Virus record (IMG/VR): IMGVR_UViG_3300042888_001738
Location: 32,001 to 96,000 of that record
From: a virus
Direction: 5' to 3' (one strand)
DNA length: 64,000 bases
Part shown: one piece after another, positions 49,301-59,595 of the stretch
Position numbering within the stretch: position 1 is the stretch's first letter
How the letters are laid out: every line of letters starts with the position of its first letter
The notes under the pieces: generated by a model
Told to the model about the DNA's origin: nothing
Databases searched by the model: none
What the model saw: the letters and a program-made list of their open reading frames with translations, nothing else
Program-made: the position numbers and the translations under genes

Positions 49301-51908
49301 CCCAACGAATCCGACTCAAAATCTTCCGGCAAACATTGTCCTTAGTTTACCTGAGGTTAGCCAACTACCAGTACAAGGTAATCCTAACGTAGAACAGAGT
49401 TATTTACAATATGCGACAGACGTGGAATACTTCCAACTCATAACAGGATTAACTGTAAATGACTTTATAGGTATTGATCAATTAAATACTGGTTTATTCC
49501 CTAACAATTATTTGAGACATAGTGTGTCCATTGCAACTCCAGACTGTCCTGTAGGGTCTAATAATTTTAGTTCGTGGACAATTAATAATGTTATAACCTT
49601 AATGGGTGGATGGGAAGGTTATGAAGTTTGTATCTTCGTAAGAGGTGTCGACCCATTCACACCAAAACAAACTATAAAATATGATTTATCTAAGGTATTT
49701 GGTTTCACATCGTTAAATGGTTCGGTACAGATAGAAGGTTCTTATTATTTGAATAGACCAATACAAGGATATTCATCGTTTGCTTCAGGAAATAAACCTG
49801 TTAGTCACGTCAGTTCGACTAACAACACGTCAAACTTATATTTCCCTTCATTTGCATTTACACCTGATGTTACTAAATTTACTGCGTTCACATCTAACTT
49901 ACCTTATTTCTATTTGTGTACCGACGATACTAACGTTTCGGGTATTGGGTCATATACTCCTGTTAATACAGGTTGGCAGACTACATCAAGTTTGACTACA
50001 GGAGGTAATTTATATCAATTACTGGCAAGTTCTAACTTCACAATACCGAGACAACAATCTGCACCGACACAATATGTTGGTGGTGGATCATTCTTGGCGT
50101 GGAATCTAAATATACCATTTAACTATACTTTATACACAAACTCAGGTGGTGGTTGTGATCAAGATTGTCAAAAAGATCAATATTACTCAACTCAAAATGG
50201 TTGGTTTAATAACACAAATGTTGGTGGTAACATTTCAGTTCTTTATTCACCTGCTTATTATCGATATGGTTTAACACCTGTGACCTTCCAATCTACTAAT
50301 ATAGTAATGAGGAGTGATAGGTTACCTACATCAACTAAAGTGGAAAACGGACTTCAAAATAGAACGGGATATGCATTACACCAAAATAATAACTTTACGG
50401 TTTACAATGCGAGTGGTATTGCTTCTGAACCTACAATTTCTGCCGGGTTAGATTTACCAAGTGGTGAACAACAAGATGAGGATGCATTTGTATCAGGTCT
50501 TACCGATACGTTAACTTGTGAAGGTATGGTCCCATTAGAATGTTATAGTGGTTCAGGAAGTAATGTTGGTGTTATACCGTCTAGTCAATGCTCCATTCCC
50601 GCTAACCGAATGGTTAATGGTTGTTATTGTTTGTTAAATAAAACTTATTTGGCTGAATATCCTGAAGACGCTAGATTGTTCTTAGAATGGAAAACAAGAT
50701 TTACCATGAACTTTGCTGCTTGTAGAGGTATTTTTGCTCAAGTCTTCCAAAACAATTGGATTAACGGAGTACTATATATGTTCAACTTTAACAAGAGAAC
50801 AACCTTCAGTTCGATCGGTAATCCTAATTATAATTATTGTGAACAAGTTATTGTGTTTAATGACCTAAATAATAGTTTTTATTATAGATCATCACCATGG
50901 AGTGGTACTAAATTTATAGGTAAAAATTCACCTTCATTTAACTCCTCAAACCCTTTCGCCGACTTCCCTGGTTTCGGATACAATAAAAAACAAATCCAAT
51001 TTCCAACGACGGTGGTTGATTTAGGTCCGAGAGATGCGTTTATTAATGAGATTTGTTGTGGTGGAATAGATGGGTTTGGTGCGTATTTTGCTGACCAAAT
51101 GAAAGCAACATCATACCAAGATAACTCAGACATTATTCAGTTAGGGTTTTTATCTAGAATTTTAAATGATGGTGTTAGACAAAGAATGATACCTCTTAAG
51201 GTTGGTGACGACTCAAGTGAAGGACAAGGAGTAATCCAATTCTTCAATAGTACAAGAGGTGGTTATAGAATTGATGGTGATTGGGCTCAAATGTTATCAA
51301 TAAATTCTGAGTGGAAGGTATTACCATTTATTACTGAAAACGTACCAAGTAACAACTATATATTCTTTGGTGATAATGGTGCTACAGGTAATCAAATTAA
51401 ACCTGTAATGGGATTATTTTTCCAAACACCAACACCTAATCTAAATTATAGAAAAATCGAATCTCCGGGAATCCAAACGTATAGTACATCACCACTTATT
51501 GAGGAAAAATTTGGTTATTCTAAGTCACAAGTTGTACCTCACTACAAATGGTCTTTAAAGACAAGTAACCCTACCTCTAATATATTTGGAACTGAAGATA
51601 ACAACTGGGTTACTGATAATGTTTATAACGGAGGGTTTTTTAGTGACAAGTATCAAGAATTAGATTTTACTAATTTAAATGAGAAATATATAACTCAAAG
51701 TACAAGATTAGGTTATATCTCTAATTACGTTAACGGAATACCAACACCACAACCCTCAATTAATACAATTATACAAGGACAACCAGTTGGTACTAATCAA
51801 CAAGCAATCGTTGTCGGTGCTCCTTACCACTTCTATTTTGGATTGAATAATGGTAAGACCGCAGTAGATAGATTCTATAAACTTTATGTATCAACCGCTG
51901 AATTGTAA
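46329..51908 (+). CDS. Large baseplate-region protein (1859 aa) with an N-terminal carboxypeptidase-regulatory-like Ig fold and an internal hydrophobic region
   Basis: GVVVGRV...G.PNAKVS and TNESGDFMIFGVPTG. About 120 hydrophobic residues at 48057-48413, followed by CTSCDCDC. Confidence 0.65.
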   Translation: MPKSYRIRTEVGVDKYINVNLEQDWESLEVLSLKILANDLYTRMCADYGVVVGRVFVNNGFGLPNAKVSVFIPLDDADEVDPVISELYPYRTITDTNEEGYRYNLLPKLPSYRGHQSTGTFPNVGDVLMDESYIEVYDKYYRFTVTTNESGDFMIFGVPTGTQTIVMDVDLSDIGCFSLAPQDLIQQGLATETQVNGSTFKTSTNLRELPQIKNLVFDVDVAPFWGDQDLCQVGITRVDFDLTKQANINIQPTSIFMGSIISTTNDDALKVGCKPKNNTGNLCELVSGPGEIQAIRHTINSDENGLPILEVYQVEQEGKVIDPDGTYVLNVPMNLDYVFTNEFGEQVLSDDPSKGIPTKGKYRFKFKWQNEEGLQNSFQRANFLVPNIKEYGWSNSANDPFDQATQSYTYQISAGAISGVTQIQSFGFDAGISLDNAINSSSYEVYLNGVEYTGSLNSIPFNIGDTIQIVGTPINPNVTQDFSFTVYPETLFNLLKSYAFSLDWDDYVNPQEAIDCEDTFYEFKYNKVYTTAMFLDRYKNGIGRAKHLGIKEIDNRSCKSTVNTFPVNDIIRNFDPIFFVFNILINILTFPILVLLFVAHFISFIWPILKYVLIVLSIYLTYDAAVALFNAIQSGIQLISAGAGVFQVGLGVTVNVGFILEGIRLIFAGIFLIAAATFKLILAAAFLAFAVVAAIKVKGFPRIALPMIAYPDCTSCDCDCGNAEQDDNFDINSVNDELEAAAQTGGSSFYDTTLVPSLSIIAPVNSAGSYEIEHPNLVGPNDDPTQDEYQCGGIGPYKNLANLIGDEDISQNLAVQASLDLARVISGYDVLSSTNPNRLYVNEQYLLHAPQPFLWSADKQLFPTYDLVADARYFAYPLSKTFPQQLNDFNTRDKYFNFGGAVNQIKTTVNPSLGSEFFLDQVVVILMSAGATSQIGVGNVCSFQNPNYLDTQSSNRLLNLTGATLNQFGTNSITGTTLIGNSVPSQISYANPTNPTQNLPANIVLSLPEVSQLPVQGNPNVEQSYLQYATDVEYFQLITGLTVNDFIGIDQLNTGLFPNNYLRHSVSIATPDCPVGSNNFSSWTINNVITLMGGWEGYEVCIFVRGVDPFTPKQTIKYDLSKVFGFTSLNGSVQIEGSYYLNRPIQGYSSFASGNKPVSHVSSTNNTSNLYFPSFAFTPDVTKFTAFTSNLPYFYLCTDDTNVSGIGSYTPVNTGWQTTSSLTTGGNLYQLLASSNFTIPRQQSAPTQYVGGGSFLAWNLNIPFNYTLYTNSGGGCDQDCQKDQYYSTQNGWFNNTNVGGNISVLYSPAYYRYGLTPVTFQSTNIVMRSDRLPTSTKVENGLQNRTGYALHQNNNFTVYNASGIASEPTISAGLDLPSGEQQDEDAFVSGLTDTLTCEGMVPLECYSGSGSNVGVIPSSQCSIPANRMVNGCYCLLNKTYLAEYPEDARLFLEWKTRFTMNFAACRGIFAQVFQNNWINGVLYMFNFNKRTTFSSIGNPNYNYCEQVIVFNDLNNSFYYRSSPWSGTKFIGKNSPSFNSSNPFADFPGFGYNKKQIQFPTTVVDLGPRDAFINEICCGGIDGFGAYFADQMKATSYQDNSDIIQLGFLSRILNDGVRQRMIPLKVGDDSSEGQGVIQFFNSTRGGYRIDGDWAQMLSINSEWKVLPFITENVPSNNYIFFGDNGATGNQIKPVMGLFFQTPTPNLNYRKIESPGIQTYSTSPLIEEKFGYSKSQVVPHYKWSLKTSNPTSNIFGTEDNNWVTDNVYNGGFFSDKYQELDFTNLNEKYITQSTRLGYISNYVNGIPTPQPSINTIIQGQPVGTNQQAIVVGAPYHFYFGLNNGKTAVDRFYKLYVSTAEL

Positions 51909-53707
51909 TGACCGTAGACCCAACAGAAAGAATAATATTATCTACACAGAGGTATAAGTCAGCACCAAGAACTGATCAATTTATAAATGTACCTTTAGCT
52001 CAAACTTCTAAAGATTTAGTTGAATACGATAGAAGTGTTGATTTGAATTTGGTAAATGTTTTTGAGGAAGAAAGACAATTATCTAGTATTTTCAGACCAG
52101 TTACTAAGTTTACAATTTTATTTGAAAATGGAATTTCTGGATCAACAACTTATGTCCCATACAGAGACAATCTGTACTACACAAATGCTGTCGGGAACGC
52201 TCAAGACTATTATTATCAAGGTAATCAACCATCAGTTCCACCATTACCCACTAATCAAAATGTGCCGTGGGACGGTTTACCACAATACCCTGAGTTTGAT
52301 TTTATAAGAACTGATAATAGTGTCATTGGTTACACACAACCACCCAATAATCACCTTACATTTAAGAATGTTAGTGCAACAACATACAATTGGTCTCATC
52401 ATATAAGTTATCCATATGCTAATGACTTTACAAAAACATTATTCACGGTTGAACCCGATTCACCTATAACATGGTCTTGGGTTGTGTCGAATGGAATACC
52501 TTATTATGTGGTTGCAGGGGCTAACCTACAAAGAAACAACATTGTTTTTAAATCCCCGATGAAACACGGATTATCGGTTGGTGAATATGTTTATTTATCT
52601 GTAAATTATAATGGTAATAGCATGTTCCAAGTAACGTCTTTAGGTGACGGAGCTTCAGGATCTGACGAATATATTTTTAATATTAGAAATGTCGGATATA
52701 CAGGAACCACTTTCCAAACCAACACCCAAGGAACGTTTAGAAGAGTGGTAAACGCTGCAAATTCAGCAGATACTATAAGTCAGTACTATATCCGTAAACA
52801 CAGAATAATAACTAACCCTGATTGTGCAGTTTTGGTAAACGCGGGTTTTGAAAGAAATATTTATGGTGATAAAAAGAAATGTGAAATTAAAGTTTTAACA
52901 CCAAATCAAAAACAAAGAACGTCAATTAAAGAAGGTAGTAGATCTTATACTTTATCGTTTAATTGTGATATCGATATAAATGGTTTAAGAGACAATCAAA
53001 ATAGACCACTTACACAACTTTTCTTCACGACAATTTGGAGAGGTTATTTTGGTTGGACAAGAAACATGAAACAAGGATGGGAATTCAACACATTTTTACA
53101 AGATAATAAACCTCAAACTTGGTGGGATCAAAATAACCCCAATTCAAATACAAATATCCCACAGGGGCAATATACTTCTTTAGTAGGTTCAGGACCTTTC
53201 TTTTATAACCAACTTTTACAATCAGGTGATACTATTGACGGAGATTTTTGTGAGTGGAATAGCTTTAATCAACTTGAGAGAGTTATATCAACATACCAAC
53301 ACAAGATTAAATTCAATCAAAATTGGTTCGGGATTTTTAATAATGGTTTAAATAGTACTAATCAAATTGGATACTTCTACCAACCACATAACCCAGTACA
53401 GATTGGTGCGTTTTCTGACTACATAGAAGAGGGTAGCTCAACTACTGTTGTGGGTATACCGCCATATGCATATTACTCAACAACTAACGCTTTGTTTAGA
53501 TGGAGAGATCTATATCCGTATGGGTTTGTGGATACTGATGGTATTGGGGTCGATTTTCCATTTATGAATGGTGCTCACTATCCATATATTAATACGATTT
53601 TTAGAATTACACCTGAAAATTATAACATACCAAGTGATTACGCTCAAGGTAAAGTTCCACAGAACATAAACACAATTGAGGATCCATTAGTAGATGAATG
53701 CGAATAA
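51908..53707 (+). CDS. Hypothetical structural protein
   Basis: TAATG-coupled within the baseplate/fibre operon. Beta-rich composition. Confidence 0.65.
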   Translation: MTVDPTERIILSTQRYKSAPRTDQFINVPLAQTSKDLVEYDRSVDLNLVNVFEEERQLSSIFRPVTKFTILFENGISGSTTYVPYRDNLYYTNAVGNAQDYYYQGNQPSVPPLPTNQNVPWDGLPQYPEFDFIRTDNSVIGYTQPPNNHLTFKNVSATTYNWSHHISYPYANDFTKTLFTVEPDSPITWSWVVSNGIPYYVVAGANLQRNNIVFKSPMKHGLSVGEYVYLSVNYNGNSMFQVTSLGDGASGSDEYIFNIRNVGYTGTTFQTNTQGTFRRVVNAANSADTISQYYIRKHRIITNPDCAVLVNAGFERNIYGDKKKCEIKVLTPNQKQRTSIKEGSRSYTLSFNCDIDINGLRDNQNRPLTQLFFTTIWRGYFGWTRNMKQGWEFNTFLQDNKPQTWWDQNNPNSNTNIPQGQYTSLVGSGPFFYNQLLQSGDTIDGDFCEWNSFNQLERVISTYQHKIKFNQNWFGIFNNGLNSTNQIGYFYQPHNPVQIGAFSDYIEEGSSTTVVGIPPYAYYSTTNALFRWRDLYPYGFVDTDGIGVDFPFMNGAHYPYINTIFRITPENYNIPSDYAQGKVPQNINTIEDPLVDECE

Positions 53708-54497
53708 AGTTAAAATATTAAAAACCGATTTAGATCAGTCTATTAATATCCCAATTAATATGCAATGGGATTTTACTGGTAGAGATGAGGCGATAAGTGA
53801 ATACGAAACAAGTATATTACAACAAGTAATTGGTGTCGCGACAGATTTTGAAATTGCGAGGTTTGCTCACAACGTATTCCCCAATTTTGATTCTGCGATT
53901 GATTATGAGTTTTATTTTTATGATTATACCCAACCTATCACAGCAACTACTATCGGGTCATGGGATGTTTCATATTTAGATCTTGGGTTCAGTGCGGAAC
54001 AAGTATATTACTATAGTAAACCATTCACAAAGTCATTCTTTAAGTTAGACCTTTTCGATAGTGATAATGAAAAGACACAACAATTGTACCTATCACTTAT
54101 TTTACCGGTACAACAAGGTAGAACTGAAACGGTGATATTATCACCTTTAATTGGTCCGATCGAAATTAAAAAACCTAAGATGGTTTTGGATTATATTGGG
54201 GATAAAGAAGGATTCTTCATTTATTGGTTAAGAAGTAGAGAGATTATAAATGTTGATACTTTCTATATGACTGCAAGTTTCTTTGATGCCAGAACAGGAG
54301 TCTTCAAAAGAATGACTAATACCAAACAAGATTTGATTATACCTGACAAATTTACTTTTGATAACTCTACATATTTCTATTATAGAGTAGATTTGGATTA
54401 TAACCAAAAAACATACGAAGTGTTTTCAACCCAAACCAACCTAAGAGTTGGTGATTCAACAACACCGATAAAATGGTATGAATATGTTAACCCATAA
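53694..54497 (+). CDS. Hypothetical structural protein
   Basis: Overlaps the previous stop codon. Aromatic-rich (FTKSFFKLDLFD). Confidence 0.65.
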   Translation: MNANKVKILKTDLDQSINIPINMQWDFTGRDEAISEYETSILQQVIGVATDFEIARFAHNVFPNFDSAIDYEFYFYDYTQPITATTIGSWDVSYLDLGFSAEQVYYYSKPFTKSFFKLDLFDSDNEKTQQLYLSLILPVQQGRTETVILSPLIGPIEIKKPKMVLDYIGDKEGFFIYWLRSREIINVDTFYMTASFFDARTGVFKRMTNTKQDLIIPDKFTFDNSTYFYYRVDLDYNQKTYEVFSTQTNLRVGDSTTPIKWYEYVNP

Positions 54498-55672
54498 TGG
54501 AATTGCAAGAATATAAGTTTATTATTTCACCCGAGAACATCAAAAGTGATCTTGTATTTGTTTCATATACGGGGGATACAGATATTACAACAATTATCGA
54601 TCCTTGTTGTTTAACCGCGACAACGATTAGTGCGACAACCACAGGTACCACGGGTGTTTATTTACCTATGGATTATCTTTTATCTGGTAATACAGGTGGA
54701 ACATCATTTTTAACGGGACTTTCCGTTAACATCATGTTTACTGAATCTGCGGTTGATTTTGGGTATTATACACCAACAGATGGTTTGATAATTCAGGCGG
54801 ACGTATTGAATAATTTTATTGTAACGGCTAACACTCTAAACCCATATACGTTTACATTTTATAATACCTCCGATTTGGAGTTTATAAAGTTCTTACAATT
54901 ATCAAAATATAGTTTAGATTGGGGTGATGGATCGCCAATACAGCCTATTTTGGGTATAACACCTTTATCACACACTTACCCAACCGCACCGAATACATAT
55001 ACAATTACTTTAACCGCAAGTTCACCTTGGGGTATCTCTAAGGTTGAGAAAACGGTGATCACACCATATACAAACGTTGTTATAACCAACCCTCAAGGTA
55101 GTATTACTTTCTATCCTGCAGGTGGTACTTGGACTGGCACACCGATCAGTTATGATTATATTTTTACGGGAGATTCAAACACAGATATCAACGATTATTA
55201 TTCATACAATTACACTTCAGTACCATTCGTAGTCACAGGTTTCACTGAATCAACATTAAATGATTTGGCACAATATGGACCAAAAATAAATTTAGCGGGT
55301 GGTAAATATAAATTGGGTGTTCAGGTTACAGGTACAACAGGAGAGATCGGAACATATTGGGGTGTTGATCCTACAGGTCTTTATTCGGCGTACACTATTA
55401 ATGGTGTAAACTATTTTGATTACGAAGATTATACAATTTATATAACCGAATCTTATGGTTTAGTACCAGGTGATTTAGTTTTAAGTGCGTTAACCAAAAA
55501 CGAAGCCCTGTTAAATGTTATTGATGAACCTGAAATAATCACAAATGTATTTGTTGAACGAGGTAAATATACTGCGTTAGAAAATGTGATGAGGTTAGGG
55601 GAAGTTGATAATGTGGGTGATTTAGAAAAATACGGATACAAATATTTTAATGTTGAAAAAGTATCCACTTAA
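54497..55672 (+). CDS. Structural protein with a PKD-like domain
   Basis: LDWGDGSP...SHTYPT..NTYTITLTA. Confidence 0.7.
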   Translation: MELQEYKFIISPENIKSDLVFVSYTGDTDITTIIDPCCLTATTISATTTGTTGVYLPMDYLLSGNTGGTSFLTGLSVNIMFTESAVDFGYYTPTDGLIIQADVLNNFIVTANTLNPYTFTFYNTSDLEFIKFLQLSKYSLDWGDGSPIQPILGITPLSHTYPTAPNTYTITLTASSPWGISKVEKTVITPYTNVVITNPQGSITFYPAGGTWTGTPISYDYIFTGDSNTDINDYYSYNYTSVPFVVTGFTESTLNDLAQYGPKINLAGGKYKLGVQVTGTTGEIGTYWGVDPTGLYSAYTINGVNYFDYEDYTIYITESYGLVPGDLVLSALTKNEALLNVIDEPEIITNVFVERGKYTALENVMRLGEVDNVGDLEKYGYKYFNVEKVST

Positions 55673-55702
55673 CTATTTATAAAAAAGGAAAAAAGATTAA
55701 AA

Positions 55703-56608
55703 ATGGCAACAGGTAATTACGGAACTATAAGACCATCAGATGTTAGTCCTGAAGACGTTGAAATCGTTATGGTTTATACTGAATCAAGAGACGATACTCA
55801 AAACTTCACATTAACAACCCTGAATGCTCAAGATGTGTTGAGACCATACTTCAATAATGCAGAGACAGGAGGAAGTAATGTCGAGATATTAGGTGGTTTA
55901 TACAACCTAAAACTTCCTGCGGACCAATTCAATAGATTAGGTATATATACGTTAATGATTAGACCAGCACAAATCAGAACAACAATTACTGATTGTGGTG
56001 TGTTATCAGCATTACCCAATGTGAAAGGTCTTGTGATAGACCTTAATAATGTACCTGTTGAATATCGAAACAAATTCGTTAATCAAGGTTTAGTTGGTTT
56101 TAGAGTTGAGTATTTAAATCCTGATGGGACAAAAATACCTAATTTCTTTAGAATCATTACCTCATCGTTCTATTGTGAACCTGTGGTGCAAAACCTTACA
56201 AACACAATCCAAAAATCTATTAGATATGCTTATGTTGAAGGTGCGACTAATTTATTATTCTGTACTTTATCACCTTCGTCATCACCAACAAACAAACCAA
56301 GTGCAACACCATTTATAGGTCAACCAAATCAAAGTATTATTATCTCAAATACGTACTTTAATCCTATAAGTACTGAAATTGAGATCGTAGATCAAGACAT
56401 CTCAACACTTGCGATTGCTCTTTACGGTAATCAAACTAAATCTATCGAAGACGGTATTTACACTATTTACGATTCTGACAATAATATCTACAAACAATAC
56501 AACTTGTATGAAATTAAAGACCAGTTCAATACACTTCTTTATGAAGTTAGACAAGATCGTGGTGATAACATCGACTTTTCTAAAGCATTTAACAATATTA
56601 CAGCTTAA
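55703..56608 (+). CDS. Hypothetical structural protein
   Basis: Preceded by TATTTAT at 55674 and coupled to the next gene. Confidence 0.65.
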   Translation: MATGNYGTIRPSDVSPEDVEIVMVYTESRDDTQNFTLTTLNAQDVLRPYFNNAETGGSNVEILGGLYNLKLPADQFNRLGIYTLMIRPAQIRTTITDCGVLSALPNVKGLVIDLNNVPVEYRNKFVNQGLVGFRVEYLNPDGTKIPNFFRIITSSFYCEPVVQNLTNTIQKSIRYAYVEGATNLLFCTLSPSSSPTNKPSATPFIGQPNQSIIISNTYFNPISTEIEIVDQDISTLAIALYGNQTKSIEDGIYTIYDSDNNIYKQYNLYEIKDQFNTLLYEVRQDRGDNIDFSKAFNNITA

Positions 56609-59595
56609 TGGCAACACAGAAATTTACTTGTCCGCCTCAAAGTAGTGCAGCAAATCAATTCTCTAACAATTTAGTTGGGGTACAACTTGTTGCGGGCGGA
56701 GGTTTGACACAAGCAAATTTCAACTTCACTACAAACATAACGGAAAAACAAAATAGAACTTTTACGATAGGTGCATTTTCAGACCCTATCAATTTGGAGT
56801 CTATTAATATTGAAACAAATGTTGAAGCTGCTGAAATTTTAGCGGCGAACTACCGAGTTTATCCTAACTACGACTTAAGTCAGGTTACTAACTTTACTCA
56901 ATACGGATCCTTAGTAAAAAGGTTCTCAACCTCTATTACGAAGATCATTAATTTTTTCCCTGCCGGTTTAGAGGTACCACCTCAGACTGACAAATTTATT
57001 AATCAAGAAACCGCATTTAATATTATATACGATTCGGTGGAAGATGACACAACGTTGGAAATACACCTTTCCTCAATAAGAAACCCATTTGAAATTGATT
57101 TTTCACAAAACGCAGAAATCAATATGATGTATAATGAGAATCAGGTTTCGTCTTTGAGAAATATGAAGTTAGAGTATAAGAAATATGTTCTTTTTATTAA
57201 TGGGCAACAATACCCACTTAACTATCTATACCCAACCAATAGTGATTCGACAAGTCTTAAAATAATTGTAGATGGAAACCCATTCAGTGGTAATCAAATA
57301 TCATATGATTACTTAGTAATTAGACCAAACGATTTCGAAGTGAATAAAGTATTCAATTTGAACTTCGACCCCGTTGAAAATTTCCTACTTAATAGACGAA
57401 TTACACCTGTATACACCGCAAAATTTGTTGTACCAAAAGAATTAGAGGATGGTACGTTTGCGATCTCAAGTGAATACGCAACATTCCCTCAAGCGGGTAT
57501 TTGGAATTTAGATATCGTTACGGTTCGTTTTGATAACTACTTAGTACAAATTAATGACTTCGCTATAAACCTAGATCAGTACAATACGAACTTAATCTCA
57601 AGGTTTATGACAACAGGTGCGTTAAAAGAGTTCGACACACCAGATCAGAGATTTGAAAAATTATTACAGATATATGGTAGAAGTTTCGATGAAACAAAAT
57701 CATTTATTTCAGCGTTAGGTAATATGAATAGTGTTCATTATACCATACAAAATGACATACCATCACAATTATTAAAAAACTTAGCTCAAACATTAGGTTG
57801 GGTTACTAATTTCTCACCAATCTCAAATGAGGAATTATTACAGGCAGTATTCTCAACACAACCAAATACATTTCCAGGTTTACAAATAGGACAGACACCT
57901 GAGGAGATTAACTATCAATTCTATAGAAACTTAATATTAAATTCTGCTTACCTATTTAAATCAAAGGGTACAAGAAAGTCTATTGAATGTCTTTTGAGAA
58001 TGGTTGGTGCACCTGAAGCATTAATTGACTTTCATGAATATGTCTATGTTGCTGACCAACGAATTAATATGAGAGAATTTGACCAACAATACTTTCAGAT
58101 TACAGGTGGTACCTTGAACCTACAAATTCCGGTATTACAAGGAGATAATACATTCTCAATACAAGGAGTTCAATATACAGGATTTACAACGGTTTCAGTT
58201 AACTCAAATGTATTAACGGTAAGAGAAGATTACCCTGTAGATGCTTTTGGATGCCCTCAAATGCCAATAGCGACCGAGACTTATTACTTCCAAATAGGGG
58301 GCGGTTGGTTCGAGTCAACTCCACAACATAGAATGCCTGAGTTTGCAGTACCAACTAACTTGGTATTCACAGGTAATAACCCTAACTATCAAACTCAACT
58401 ATTACCATTTAATTATGGTGAAGAATATCTACAAAGATATAGACAATTCCCATACATGAATTTAGGATTTAAGTTGAGAAGAGTTGCCGACAACAAAAAA
58501 AGTTGGGTAGATACCGATCCATTCTTAAGAACAAGTTTTGATGGTGGATTTAATTCGTATTATGAAGCGGGTGAAGATTGTTTGGTATTGAATGTGAAAA
58601 ACGTTGACATTATGATGAATCCAGCACAAGGATTAGTTTATGATGTTTGGACGATGTCAAGACAATTTAATTTCCCAATTCCTGAACAAGGTTTGTTCTA
58701 CACACCACCTTCACCTTGTAATATACCAAACCCATACCCTAAGTTAGGTGGTATAGATTGGACGACAATTGTACCAAAACCAAAACAAAAAACATTCTTT
58801 GAGTTTGCTCAAACATTTTGGAGAAACATGGTTAACACAAGAAACAGACAAACTATCACAGATGGTAAGACTGGAGGTTACCCAACACTCCAATCAATTT
58901 ATTGGAGATATTTAGAATCTCAAAAATTAGCGGGAATTCAAAACGATAACTTCACATATCAAACGATGATTGATTATGTGAATGGAATGGGTAATTATTG
59001 GATTAGAATGGTGGAACAAATGGTTCCGGCAACAACAATATGGAATACAGGTGTTAGATTAGAAAACTCGGTTCTTCACAGACAAAAGTATGTGTGGAGA
59101 AGACAAGAAGGATGTAAGTTTATTCCGGTACCTTGTAAACCTTGTACTCTATCAACACAGCTGTATGTACTTGATTGTCCTGTACAAGAAGTGATTTGTG
59201 GTTTGTATCCTTGGAATAATGACCCATTGATTACATCTTTTGGTGTTGTATTAAATCAAACATTACAAACATTCTTTAGTCAAAACGGACTGAACTCAAC
59301 AGTTTGTTCTCTTAATACCGTTTCATCAACTTGGTATGTTGATATTAGACAGAACGGAGTTTTAATAGAACAATATGGTTTCTTTAATGGTGTTGGACCA
59401 AGCCAATTCCCAACCGACACTCAGTGGGTGGATGCTTTAGGAATAGCTTTAGGTAATTTACTAACATCAGGATATAGTTATAATATTGATGAGGATAGTG
59501 AAAATGTAGTCGTATTTAATAATAATTGTGTGCCTAATTTTGACGACTTCCAAATAAACGTAGGAATAGAATTCGAAATATTTTGTAACCAATAA
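56608..59595 (+). CDS. Baseplate wedge protein (gp7/tail protein I-like domain)
   Basis: IPSQLLKNLAQTLGW...YRNLILNSAYLFKSKGTRKSIE.LL...G. Confidence 0.7.
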   Translation: MATQKFTCPPQSSAANQFSNNLVGVQLVAGGGLTQANFNFTTNITEKQNRTFTIGAFSDPINLESINIETNVEAAEILAANYRVYPNYDLSQVTNFTQYGSLVKRFSTSITKIINFFPAGLEVPPQTDKFINQETAFNIIYDSVEDDTTLEIHLSSIRNPFEIDFSQNAEINMMYNENQVSSLRNMKLEYKKYVLFINGQQYPLNYLYPTNSDSTSLKIIVDGNPFSGNQISYDYLVIRPNDFEVNKVFNLNFDPVENFLLNRRITPVYTAKFVVPKELEDGTFAISSEYATFPQAGIWNLDIVTVRFDNYLVQINDFAINLDQYNTNLISRFMTTGALKEFDTPDQRFEKLLQIYGRSFDETKSFISALGNMNSVHYTIQNDIPSQLLKNLAQTLGWVTNFSPISNEELLQAVFSTQPNTFPGLQIGQTPEEINYQFYRNLILNSAYLFKSKGTRKSIECLLRMVGAPEALIDFHEYVYVADQRINMREFDQQYFQITGGTLNLQIPVLQGDNTFSIQGVQYTGFTTVSVNSNVLTVREDYPVDAFGCPQMPIATETYYFQIGGGWFESTPQHRMPEFAVPTNLVFTGNNPNYQTQLLPFNYGEEYLQRYRQFPYMNLGFKLRRVADNKKSWVDTDPFLRTSFDGGFNSYYEAGEDCLVLNVKNVDIMMNPAQGLVYDVWTMSRQFNFPIPEQGLFYTPPSPCNIPNPYPKLGGIDWTTIVPKPKQKTFFEFAQTFWRNMVNTRNRQTITDGKTGGYPTLQSIYWRYLESQKLAGIQNDNFTYQTMIDYVNGMGNYWIRMVEQMVPATTIWNTGVRLENSVLHRQKYVWRRQEGCKFIPVPCKPCTLSTQLYVLDCPVQEVICGLYPWNNDPLITSFGVVLNQTLQTFFSQNGLNSTVCSLNTVSSTWYVDIRQNGVLIEQYGFFNGVGPSQFPTDTQWVDALGIALGNLLTSGYSYNIDEDSENVVVFNNNCVPNFDDFQINVGIEFEIFCNQ